From positions 67,029,326 to 67,068,033 of the forward strand of contig NC_068991.1 of NCBI RefSeq assembly GCF_001194135.2: a stretch of DNA of 38,708 nucleotides, in the 5' to 3' direction. The notes under the pieces are model-generated. The model was not told where the DNA came from. It searched no databases and worked only from the letters and a program-made list of their open reading frames with translations. Below, piece after piece: positions 23,801 to 32,468 of this stretch (position 1 is its first letter; each line of letters starts with the position of its first letter). The position numbers and the translations under genes were made by a program. Origin of the DNA: Octopus bimaculoides (lineage: Eukaryota).

Positions 23801-26800
23801 CAACTAGTCCCCTCCCCGAAAACTTCAGGCCTTATGCCTATAGTAAAAAAGATTATTATTAAACTATGAGATTGGAGATCTATTTTCATCTGAGTACACT
23901 CAACTAGGTGGGCCACCCTTTGTCTAACTCAGTGGTTCTCAATCAGGGTCCTTTTTGACCCTTGTTGGGTATCAGATAAGATTTTGCCATTAAAATTTAT
24001 GGGCAATAAATTGGTTACACTTCTGCAATACGCAAAATATTTTTTAACAATTTTTTTAATACAATTCCTCATAATATTTAATTATAAAAATATACGATCC
24101 TTGGATGGTCCACTGGAGTAAAATAGAAATCTAAAGTGTTCACAGGTAAAAAAAAAAATGGTTGTGAACCACTAATCTGACTCATGCATTCTTTTACAAT
24201 GAGAGAGAATTTGACCTGGTGATCAGTTTTTCAGTCATCCAACATTTAATTAAGTTAAAAACGAATTAAAATCTTCCACCAAACCTTAGTCACAATTTAT
24301 GTAACACTAGCTAAATGATAATTTTACTAAATTTTTTGTTATATTTAAAGTAAATGAAAGAAAGACAGAGCATCTCAAAATTAATACAGTAACGAAAGGG
24401 TTAATCTTTGTTTGCCCTCTCAATTCCTCCAGCTTATAAGGGATTGTGCCAATGTTATTTTACATGTATTGTACATTGCTACTCTTTCTGAACACTTTAA
24501 CCCTTTTGTTACCATTTTCTGTTGAAATGCATAGACTTTTTTTGACTAATTTTTAAAATAATCGGGAATTTAGTAAAATAATTTTGCCATTATTAAGCTA
24601 GTTTTTAGAACATACATCAGCATAACATTTTGATTCACTTTAAAACAAGAATATGTATTGTAGAAGCAAGGGCAGTCTCAGGCAGTTTGGTAGCAAAGGA
24701 GTTAAGCTCTTGTGGCTTATTTCACACCCACCCACCCACCTTTGCATATCTTTAAACTCAAACTACAGAATAAGCTCTGTCTGCCTCCTTGTACCAGGTG
24801 ATTTTAATACATTTACTAATAAACCCCTCTTGTTGATTAAAACTTTCCAATACTTCAATTTTCTACATAATTTTTGGCAATAAATGCTCTAGAAATGATT
24901 TCTTTATTTTATTTTCATTGTTTATTTAGCTATTCATTTTTGTTGTATTTCATTAGTTTCCAGATTTAATAGACAGTTTAAGTTCATTACATCGTTTACT
25001 GGATACCAGGGTGACCATGTTTACAAAACTAACTCGATTACAAGGCAAGTTAGGATTATTATTATCCCAGGTGAGTTGGTTTATTGAATTCTCTTTATTT
25101 TACCACACATTTCTCTTATTTAGCACTGTTTTTGTGAAACTGCTGTCTTTAATGGAACTGCAGCCTTGGGTGAAGCTAAAACCACAACTGTAACTGTGAA
25201 GCACTTCAGAGGAACTCACCCAAGCAATGCCAACATTAAAAAAAAAAAAGCTTGACATGAAAACAGCAATTATGTGATAGTTGTCATTGTTGCTGTTTCC
25301 AATAAATATGTCCTTCGTTTCTTCTGAATTCATAAATTGAGTACCAGGCATACAAGGGAGTAATTCAGCATCATCATCAGTTCTAATGTCCATTTACTGC
25401 CCACATTGAGACGTTTTGAATCCTCCAGAAATTTCTCTCTTTTTAATTGTGTTAATCCTGTTCTTGCAGCTCTCGTCTCGGCATCAAGATGAACAGGAAG
25501 ACATTCAACAGGAACAGCATCCGCTCCTTGTTTACCAAGATGGTTAGTTTATTTATTTTTTTAAATTGTTTTTTAATTTTTAACATGTTTTTTTTTTTTT
25601 TACCTGTTTTCCTGTTTGCATCACTAAATTTATGTATACAGCTGTATGTATGTGTATATATACATGTATATATATTGGGTTGNNNNNNNNNNNNNNNNNN
25701 NNNNNNNNNNNNNNNNNNNNNNNNNNNNNNNNNNNNNNNNNNNNNNNNNNNNNNNNNNNNNNNNNNNNNNNNNNNNNNNNNNNNNNNNNNNNNNNNNNNN
25801 NNNNNNNNCAACTTATTTGCCATGAAACCACCTCAATTCTGGGAAGAGGGTATTTTCAAGTTAAAGGAAAGATGGAGACGCATTGTGCAACAAAATGGTT
25901 CATATTTGGTTGATTAAAAATGTAATGGCAAGTATTTATTGACCTTTTTCTTTCCTTTAAAAATCGGCACAAACTTTCCGGGCAACCCAATATATATATA
26001 TATATATATATATCATCATCATCATTTAATGTCTGTTGTCCATGCTGTCATGGATTGGATGGTTTGACCAGAGCTGGCATGCTGGAAAGCTGTGCCAGGA
26101 TCCAGTCTGATTTGGCATGGTTTTCTATGGCTGGATGCCCTTCCAAACACCAGCCACTCCAAGAGTGTAATGGGTGCCATTTGTGTGACACCTGTATCTT
26201 CCACGGCTGCGATTTTGCTTGGCTTGGTGGGTCTTCTTCTCAAACATGACATAATGCCAAAGATCTCAGTCATTGCCTCCGTGAGGCCCAACATATGTAT
26301 GGTGCTGGTGACACGTAAAAAGCATCCAGTACACACTGTAAAATGGTTGGCACTTGGAAAGGTATCCAGCTGTAAAAACCATGCCAAAACTGACCTTGCC
26401 TGTGCTGGTGCCATTAAAAAAAACACTCAGTCGACTCTGTGGGGTGGTTGGTGTTAAGGAAGGGCATCTAGCCTTAAAAACCATGCCAAAACACACACAC
26501 CCTAGCCTGATATAGGCTTCTACCTGGCCAGCTCCTGTCAAACCATCCAACCCATGCCAGCATGGAAGGTAGGCGTTAAATGATGGTGGTGTGTGGCTTG
26601 GTGGTTACGGTCTTCAGTGTATTTTAAGCTTCATTACTGGACCATTGTGGAGGCATAATGGCCCAGTGGTTAGGGCAGCGGACTCGCGGTTTCGATTCCC
26701 AGACTGGGCGTTGTGAGTGTTTATTGAGCGAAAACACCTAAAAGCTCCACGAGGCTCCGGCAGGGGATGGTGGCGAACCGTGCTGTACTCTTCCACCACA

Positions 26801-28661
26801 ACTTTCTCTCACTCTTACTTCCTGTTTCTGTTGTGCCTGTAATTCAAAGGGTCAGCCTTGTCACACTGAATATCCCCCGAGAACTACGTTAAGGGTACAC
26901 GTGTCTGTGGAGTGCTCAGCCACTTGCACGTTAATTTCACAAGCAGGCTGTTCTGTTGATCGGATCAACTGGTATCCTCGACGTCGTAAGCGACGGAGTG
27001 CCAACCACAACTGGACCATTATGTTTACTGCATTGCTTATTTGTACGTAATGCAATGAACATAATAATAAAGCTTATTCTGTTTCTTCAACAGCTTCATC
27101 CGATGAAGAAATGTATTTTAAGAAGAACTTAGATGATGCAATGCCCTGTGAATCTGGATCAGAGGTAATAATTTTCAAATCAGTTTAATTTGATGTTTCA
27201 TTTGCTGTGTAGTTGAAAACTCTTCACCCTTCATTTCTTTTTTGTTTGTTCGAGAAAATCAATTACAATATTGAGTATTTTCAATGTTTATTAACGATTT
27301 TTAGACTTGCTTTCTGGAATGGAAATTGTCCCATGCAAATAGTTTCTATAAGACTAGTAAGGTAACCGTTCTTATGTTTAAGCATACCATAGCAATCTTA
27401 TTTTGAATTATCTTTGTGGATGGTAGGCCTAGCATATCATACAGTCTAACGTTACCTGGTCCTTGGGTGCAATAATCTGGACCAGTCTCTGCATATGTCG
27501 TTCCCCTGTATACTAAAGGATATTGGTGGAACTGGGTATAGTTGACACTGTCCTCCAAAACTAGATTTTCTCTTCTCTTTACTCCACAAAAAACTATACA
27601 ACAAACAGTAACATGAAATCAGAAACAAATCTACTAGACAATTCTGAGTTAAATGCAAACATTTGGGTCCAGTCCGGACCTTTCCATACACAATTGTAGC
27701 CACCCATCTAATTCTTCTATATTTAAACCGGCCATATCCGGCCAAAAGTATTCTGCCTGTTTTATGTTCAGAACTGGTCTCTCACACCAACCCTACAATA
27801 TTGTTTTAAAAATTAACAGCTACCTCATCAAAATTTCATAGCTACAAGATAATGCATAATTAGTTCAAAACAATGTGGATAAAAGAGCATTAATTTTGGT
27901 AGAATAACGCAAACACTAATGGGTTAACCTTTCTCTGCTGCCCTTATTACACTCTGTATTCCAATTTCCCTCTGAATTATGGTGCCTCTGCTTATATAGA
28001 ATCCACTCTTCCCACTCCCTTGAATGTCCCCAACAAAGACTTCCTGTTATTCTTGTCTCAATGTCTCTCTGCCCTGCTTTTCTGAGTTCATTACTACTCC
28101 TTTAACTCTTCCACTTGCTGTTAGCTCTCTCATATCCAACACTGGAAGCATGCACTGCACATCTTATTACAAATCACACATATTCCACTTCTTGTCTACT
28201 AACCAAGTGGTCAGGCTCCAACTATGCAAATTATCCAATGCTACTGTGCAGCAAGTTATATGTCATATTAGTTGAGATTTTTAAAAAATATATATCTAAA
28301 TAATGAAGAAAATGTTGAGTTTTGTTGCTGATCACTTTGACCCTTTAGTTACTGCATTTCTGCCCCCCCTTTTTTTTTTTCCCTAACAATTTTTATATCA
28401 AAGAATCTAGTAAAATAATTTTGTCAAATTACCATGAAATTAGGATGGAAGGTCTCTGATTAAACTGCTTCAAAACAAGGCTATTTGTGGTGTCAGGTGG
28501 GTTGGTACTACAAAGATTAAAGTTTGAAGGAATTAATGTTTATTGCTAATTCTGTTTCTTTTTTATTGCAGTATGATTGGAATACAAGTGACGAAGAAGA
28601 CAGAGACGACAGTGAGAGTGCAAAACCTAATGAAACCGATGAGAGAGATGAAAGTGACTGA
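3847..28661 (+). CDS. WDR43: WD repeat-containing protein 43 / UTP5 (t-UTP/UtpA subunit of the SSU processome); 17 coding exons, ~630 aa
   Basis: Manually spliced exons keep one frame (1893 nt including stop). N-terminal WD40 repeats (FSPNGNY..IKVWE, LALGTAAG, GH..VNDICW, IKLWD, F.GHAT) are followed by a UTP12-like C-terminal region ([29 protein letters not shown]) and an acidic tail. This matches my recollection of vertebrate WDR43 along its whole length. Confidence 0.95.
4800..5000 (+). repeat. Dispersed repeat family F (unclassified SINE/LINE tail)
   Basis: Similar sequence at ~5100-5190 (-), 9215-9320, 10010-10140 (-), 13520-13710, 28940-28980, 35775-35835 and 36185-36300. Confidence 0.55.
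5300..5456 (-). mobile_element. RTE 3'-end repeat (family A), diverged
   Basis: CATGCTGGCATGGGTTGGACGG ... GGATGCCCTTCCTAA ... core shared with many copies. Confidence 0.7.
6380..6555 (-). mobile_element. RTE 3'-end repeat (family A) with (ATG)n tail
   Basis: CATCATCATCATTTAA tail (reverse strand) plus family core. Confidence 0.75.
7639..8843 (-). mobile_element. 5'-truncated, internally deleted RTE-clade LINE: RT fragment, 3' UTR and (ATG)n tail, flanked by (TA)n on both sides
   Basis: [17 protein letters not shown]...[16 protein letters not shown]...[12 protein letters not shown] is a non-LTR RT segment of RTE type. It has stops and frameshifts and is collinear with the family A 3' end at 7639-7975. 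Confidence 0.85.
8778..8787. other. Assembly gap (10 N); other gaps at 25683-25808 and 37084-37398
   Basis: N runs. Confidence 0.99.
9007..9153 (+). CDS. WDR43: WDR43 exon 2
   Basis: tttcag acceptor; [49 protein letters not shown]; GTAAGT donor. Confidence 0.92.
9774..9895 (+). CDS. WDR43: WDR43 exon 3
   Basis: tag acceptor after pyrimidine tract; [40 protein letters not shown]; phase-2 GTAAGT donor. Confidence 0.92.
10171..10578 (-). mobile_element. Full-length tRNA-derived SINE, family B (CORE-like; possibly octopus OR-type)
   Basis: A box TGGCTGTGTGG, B box GGTTC..TCCC and a CORE-like ACCTTGGGCAAGT segment; highly similar to 19581-19960 and 29401-29783. Confidence 0.8.
11060..11177 (+). 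CDS. WDR43: WDR43 exon 4
   Basis: tttcag acceptor; [39 protein letters not shown]; GTAAGA donor. Confidence 0.92.
11345..11640 (+). mobile_element. Diverged tRNA-derived SINE
   Basis: Degenerate A/B boxes; resembles 35495-35780 (-). Confidence 0.45.
12160..12278 (+). CDS. WDR43: WDR43 exon 5
   Basis: ccttcag acceptor; [40 protein letters not shown]; GTAAGT donor. Confidence 0.92.
12329..12500 (-). mobile_element. Mariner right-end fragment (TIR plus transposase C-terminus)
   Basis: TATTGGGTTGTCCGGAAAGT TIR; near-identical reverse complement of 25822-25992. Confidence 0.85.
12527..12623 (+). CDS. WDR43: WDR43 exon 6
   Basis: taacag acceptor; [32 protein letters not shown]; GTAAGC donor. 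Confidence 0.9.
13041..13293 (+). mobile_element. RTE 3'-end repeat (family A)
   Basis: Family core ending GTTAAATGATAATGATGA. Confidence 0.85.
14155..14638 (+). mobile_element. Long RTE 3' UTR copy (family A)
   Basis: 5' part is homologous to the UTR after the RTE ORF2 end at 38400-38708; ends in (ATG)n. Confidence 0.85.
14923..14987 (+). CDS. WDR43: WDR43 exon 7
   Basis: tttctgcag acceptor; [22 protein letters not shown]; GTAAGT donor. Confidence 0.9.
15230..15460 (-). mobile_element. Decayed RTE ORF2 C-terminal fragment
   Basis: Minus-strand translation [30 protein letters not shown] resembles the 38185 peptide. Confidence 0.6.
15461..15864 (+). mobile_element. RTE 3'-end repeat (family A)
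   Basis: Three internal subrepeats, family core and (ATG)n tail. Confidence 0.85.
16115..16310 (+). mobile_element. RTE 3'-end repeat (family A), diverged
   Basis: Family core with ATGACGATGATAATGA tail. Confidence 0.65.
17062..17221 (+). CDS. WDR43: WDR43 exon 8 (3' end at a probable GC donor)
   Basis: tctttcag acceptor; [53 protein letters not shown]; the phase-0 donor needed is best met by GCAAGT at 17222. Confidence 0.85.
17920..18100 (+). mobile_element. Diverged family B SINE (5' half)
   Basis: CATGGCTATGTGG...GGGCAAGTG...GGAAACTGAAAGAAGCC; further partial copies at ~21085-21300 (+), 29010-29180 (-) and 37505-37640 (-). Confidence 0.65.
18251..18334 (+). CDS. WDR43: WDR43 exon 9
   Basis: ttcag acceptor after long T tract; [28 protein letters not shown]; GTAAGT donor. 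Confidence 0.82.
18680..18955 (-). mobile_element. RTE 3'-end repeat (family A), young copy
   Basis: CATCATCGTTTAACGTCCGCTTTCCATGCTAGCATGGG start; reverse complement of 14400-14638. Confidence 0.85.
18990..19290 (+). pseudogene. Mariner transposase N-terminal relic
   Basis: From ATG 19061: [15 protein letters not shown]..., then after a frameshift [27 protein letters not shown], the mariner HTH linker (EFKRGR.S.EDDPRSGRP). Confidence 0.8.
19581..19960 (+). mobile_element. Full-length family B tRNA-SINE
   Basis: A/B boxes, CORE-like segment, internal TA/TG microsatellite and AAGTAAAAAAGAG tail. Confidence 0.85.
20026..20145 (+). CDS. WDR43: WDR43 exon 10
   Basis: tttttgcag acceptor; [40 protein letters not shown]; GTATGG donor. 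Confidence 0.87.
20450..20590 (+). CDS. WDR43: WDR43 exon 11
   Basis: ctttcag acceptor; [47 protein letters not shown]; GTAAGC donor. Confidence 0.92.
20695..20880 (+). mobile_element. RTE 3'-end repeat (family A), diverged
   Basis: Family core; further fragments at ~21425-21545, 21690-21850 (-), 22895-22980 (-) and 31640-31700. Confidence 0.7.
22699..22820 (+). CDS. WDR43: WDR43 exon 12
   Basis: ttctcag acceptor; [40 protein letters not shown]; GTAAGT donor. Confidence 0.92.
23510..23573 (+). CDS. WDR43: WDR43 exon 13
   Basis: tcttcag acceptor; [21 protein letters not shown]; GTAAGT donor. Confidence 0.92.
23930..24174. mobile_element. hAT (Charlie-type) MITE
   Basis: Termini CAGTGGTTCTCAA...TTGTGAACCACTA; degenerate 8-bp TSD gtctaact/atctgact. 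Confidence 0.7.
24957..25070 (+). CDS. WDR43: WDR43 exon 14
   Basis: cattag acceptor; [38 protein letters not shown]; GTGAGT donor. Confidence 0.92.
25470..25542 (+). CDS. WDR43: WDR43 exon 15
   Basis: tcttgcag acceptor; [24 protein letters not shown]; phase-1 GTTAGT donor. Confidence 0.88.
25673..25992 (+). mobile_element. Mariner element with both TIRs, interior in an assembly gap
   Basis: TATTGGGTTG...CAACCCAATA ends with TA flanks; transposase C-terminus [33 protein letters not shown]. Confidence 0.85.
26014..26590. mobile_element. Two family A copies in inverted orientation
   Basis: Minus copy ~26014-26180 and plus copy ~26300-26590. Confidence 0.8.
26649..27003 (+). mobile_element. 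tRNA-derived SINE, family D
   Basis: A box TGGCCCAGTGG (26659), B box GGTTTCGATTCCC (26688), GC-richer body; no complete cloverleaf. Confidence 0.7.
27094..27164 (+). CDS. WDR43: WDR43 exon 16
   Basis: ttcaacag acceptor; [23 protein letters not shown]; GTAATA donor. Confidence 0.85.
27715..27928. mobile_element. piggyBac-like MITE fragment (ends GGGTTAA)
   Basis: Homologous to 35882-36105. Confidence 0.6.
28572..28661 (+). CDS. WDR43: WDR43 exon 17 (coding part, acidic tail)
   Basis: ttgcag acceptor; [32 protein letters not shown]. Confidence 0.87.
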   Translation, partial: YDWNTSDEEDRDDSESAKPNETDERDESD

Positions 28662-28826
28662 TGGCTGTTTTGAATGAAGATATTTTGATACATATTTTCT
28701 CTAACATTTTGCTTAGAGTAGCGGACTTTTAATTCAGTTTTGATGAATTAATGGTTACATCATACTCAAATGGCAATTGTTAGTTTATAATCACTTGGAA
28801 GGTGTGTATCACTGATAAATATGGAA

Positions 28827-28842
28827 AATAAACTTAAATAAA
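28827..28842 (+). terminator. Tandem AATAAA polyadenylation signals of WDR43
   Basis: AATAAA at 28827 and 28837, ~170 nt after the stop, followed by T-rich sequence. Confidence 0.65.
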
Positions 28843-29199
28843 CATTATTATTATTATTATTTTGTTGATGCTTCTTTTCAATTAACATTTTCTGTAGAAA
28901 GTGCAAAACCTTTCCATTTTTTAAGATACTAGAATCTAACTTGAGGGAAGTTTAGCTGCTTTTTCTAGCAGATTGATAGTTTAGAGCAGGCATCTTTTAT
29001 AATAATAATTAGACTGTGACCATGCTGGGGCACTGCCTTGAAGGGTCTAGTCAAACAAATCAACCCTAGTACTTAGTATTTTTTGTTTAAGCCTGGTATT
29101 TATGTTATCAGTCTCTCTTGCCAAATCACTACGTTACGAGGACATAAACAAATTAACACCAGTTGTGAAGCAGTGATAGGGGGACAAACACAAAATACA

Positions 29200-29385
29200 C
29201 ATCATCATCGTTTAACGTCCACCTTCCATGCTAGCATGGGTTGGACGATTTGACTGAGGACTGGTGAAACCGGATGGCAACACCAGGCTCCAATCTAATT
29301 TGGCAGAGTTTCTACAGCTGGATGCCCTTCCTAACGCCAACCACTCAGAGAGTGTAGTGGGTGCTTTTACGTGTCACCCGCACGG
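29200..29385 (-). mobile_element. RTE 3'-end repeat (family A), young copy
   Basis: Near identical to 18682-18860. Confidence 0.85.
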
Positions 29386-29400
29386 ATATATATATTTAAG

Positions 29401-29783
29401 CGCAGGAGTGGCTGTGTGGTAAGTAGCTTGCTTACCAACCACATGGTTCTGAGTTCAGTCCCACTGCGTGACACCTTGGGCAAGTGTCTTCTACTATAGC
29501 CTCAGGCCGACCAAGGCCTTGTGAGTGGATTTGGTAGACGGAAACTGAATGAAACCCGTCGTATATAAATATATATATGTATGTGTGTCTGTGTTTGTCT
29601 CCCCAACATCGCTTAACAACAGATGCTGGTGTGTTTACGTCCCCATAACCTAGCGGTTCGGCAAAAGACACCGATAGAATAAGTACTAGGCTTCCAAAGA
29701 ATAAGTCTTAAGGTCAATTTGCTCGACTAAAGGTGGTGCTCCAGCATGGCTGCAGTCAAATGACTGAAACAAGTAAAAAAGAG
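29401..29783 (+). mobile_element. Full-length family B tRNA-SINE
   Basis: Near identical to 19581-19960. Confidence 0.85.
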
Positions 29784-30689
29784 TATATATATGTATATAG
29801 ATAATGGTTTGGTTTCTATTGCTTAATACTCTCCAACTACTTCACAGTATACCAGGTGCATTTTATGCTACAATCTCTATTTCTTATGTGATAAGAAATA
29901 CAGCTCCATATTTCTTAAAATAGCATGCTTAGATTTTTATTGCTGATGATAACACTTAGTATTTCTCTCCAGTGTCAGGAAATACCGTGATTTGGGGGAA
30001 ATAGGGACAAAAAGAAGATTAAAATGCTGATATCAGCATAGCAAAAGCTCTGGTCTACTCACTGTTCTGATGCCCTTGAATGATAGAGAATTGGTAAGAC
30101 CTACCAAATTTTTCCTGGTCAGCAATATTTCTTTCAGATGGCTGTTCCATTGGAGCCAACATTACTACCATTTTTAACCCCAGGAGGACATCACCTCTAG
30201 TTGGTTATCATTGCATTCTGCACATGATATAGATTGCAAACATCAAACGACAACGAGACCACCAGACTGTCTGATTTTCAGCTATTTGTGCTCATCTTCA
30301 GTGGTGGGCACCCATCCCCTAGAGATAGTAGTTTACTCCAGCTGCCAATATATAGAAAAATGACAACCACTCTTGCAACAAGATAGCTGATTAGAAAATC
30401 TGTATAAGAGATGAAAGTAGTAACTATACTAAGAAGTACTGTTTATCATCACTTCAATATAGCTATTCTGTAGGAACCAATGTTGCTAACCCCAGGAGGA
30501 TGCCTTCTCTAGCTGTTTTTTGTTTAAATCCTTTCAAGTTTAAGCATCTTACCAATTCTCTATCTTCCAGGGGTATCAAATCAGTCAGTAAACCAGAGCC
30601 CTTATTATGATGGTAACATTTTCGTTTTTGTCCCTATTCACCTGGCTGTTCATATCCCCCCGCAAATCACAATACCTTAGCTCTGATCA

Positions 30690-30900
30690 GTTGCCGACCT
30701 TCTACAAGACCCAAGTCATGTCCTGAAGTACTGCTTACATACATGTGGCCACCAGCTGCACATAACACAGCCTGAAACACCATATCACTGATTGGCAATA
30801 ATTCAATCACATGCTGCAACTACTAGCTCGTGAAAGTGTTGCCCCTTCTATCACTTTTACGATGACCTCTGCACTTCTCAATTAGCTGCATGCCTTCACT
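30690..30900 (+). mobile_element. Decayed L2/CR1-type LINE RT C-terminal remnant
   Basis: Frameshifted translation FYKTQV..EYCLHTW...VA..FYHFYDDLCTSQLA resembles LYKAQVRP.LEYCSHIW...LFYRY...CS.ELA. Confidence 0.45.
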
Positions 30901-32061
30901 CAGATACCAATTACTACTTTTTCAGTCCTTCCTAATCTAAAAGAATATCCTTTATTAGATCTTCCATTCAGTAAAGTTCAATCCATACTAATTTAGATTT
31001 TGACTTTGTTCAGTTCTACAATTTCCTCTTAATGAGCAACTTCGGGGATCTGATTTGATTGATAAAAGAACCACAAATTTCTAAGGTGAGCAAAAAAAAA
31101 TGGATTGTCTTCTCCTTAATAGCATCTCAATTTAGATTTATTTATTTTGATTATCTCCCTTCCTTGGTTGCACCTGCTGCTGGCTGCTTGTTTACCTTCT
31201 CTTGAAATTGAAAGATAGTTTCTGTAAGCCAATTATCTGGAATGGCAATTCGTATATTATTCATTTTCTTTATGGTCCAATTCGGTGCCACTGGCTACTC
31301 GGAAGCAATTTCTTTCGGCTTGATGCAGGATCTTTATTGTCAGATGTTTTTCCTCCTACTGCCAACTTGTTACCCAAGTGAGGGATGTATAATACTTTTA
31401 GGTTATAATAACAAAGAGGCAGATTAAATACATATCTAGTTTTGTCTTTCACTATTCTAAAATTAATCATAAATTAACCATAAACCATAGAGTTTACTTG
31501 ATCTTCTTATTCTCATCTCTTCCTCGTATAAGAAGTCATAGCAAGAAGAATCCATCACAGCTGCACTACATCCTTCTTATGTAGGGATGGTTACCAAGAA
31601 CAGTGACAAAATATGATTGCATAGTCCAGCAGCACTAGCAACGATCACTCCAAGAGTGTAGTGGGTACTTTTTATGTGACATTGATGTGACACCAGTGGC
31701 TTGACAACTCTACACAGGCACAGTATATCACCAAAGGTCTCGGTCACCTATTGCTGTCTCGGTCACCTATTGCTGTCTCTGTGATTCTCAACGCTCTAAT
31801 AGTGCTCTTTACATTCCACCGGCATGGGTGCCAGTCTTTTAAAATTATAGGGAAGAAGTATGAGCAATATTTAGTTGCTATTTCTATCAGCACTCTTGTT
31901 GATTCAGCTGCTTTGGTAATCGCAATAATGAGATGGCTTGATCAGTTTTAAGATCTGCATGTATTCTACGTTACACAAATCAGGGAGTATTTGTCATTTT
32001 GTAATGAATCGAAGAAAATAAAAAGTATCAGAAGAATGAAAAAAAGTAATAATGAATTCTT

Positions 32062-32067
32062 TTTATT
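32062..32067 (-). terminator. Candidate AATAAA polyA signal of DDX31
   Basis: TTTATT on + strand, ~400 nt downstream of the DDX31 stop in AT-rich 3' sequence. Confidence 0.45.
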
Positions 32068-32468
32068 TTGTAACAATGCATTGAAATTTCTTTAACAAAT
32101 TTTCAAATATTTTTACTTCTGCTTTTCAAAGTTTGGATGATTCAGTAAATGTAATATTTCCATGAATGGTTTACTGCATGATGTCCTTCATACAACTCAC
32201 ACAATCATAGAATGGAAATGTAACCAATGTCCAACAAATAGTTTGCTGTGCTTTAGAAGGCACAGGTCAAAACTGATAGGAAGACTCAAGTTACCTTTGG
32301 GTTAATGATTCTGCACTTTAATTAACCTCTTTCATTTCAGTCTTTCACATGTTGAACCTCCCCCAAAAGTTAGTCAACGGTTTGTAGTTATTTTCTACAA
32401 CCAATTTTCCATTCCACTGGAAAATTCTGATATAAAGGCGTCATTCAATGATTGTTAATTGTTTCCTT

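Noticed and set aside
26649-26705. tRNA gene candidate (clear A and B boxes)
   Set aside because: The anticodon arm is missing and the sequence continues into a SINE body; the same holds for other SINE heads.
27452-27745. Minus-strand ORF containing NDICRDW, echoing NDICW in WDR43 exon 3
   Set aside because: The match is four residues, part of the ORF overlaps a MITE, and there is no other similarity.
31738-31780. 20-bp exact tandem duplication GTCTCGGTCACCTATTGCT
   Set aside because: An ordinary slippage duplication within diverged repeat sequence.
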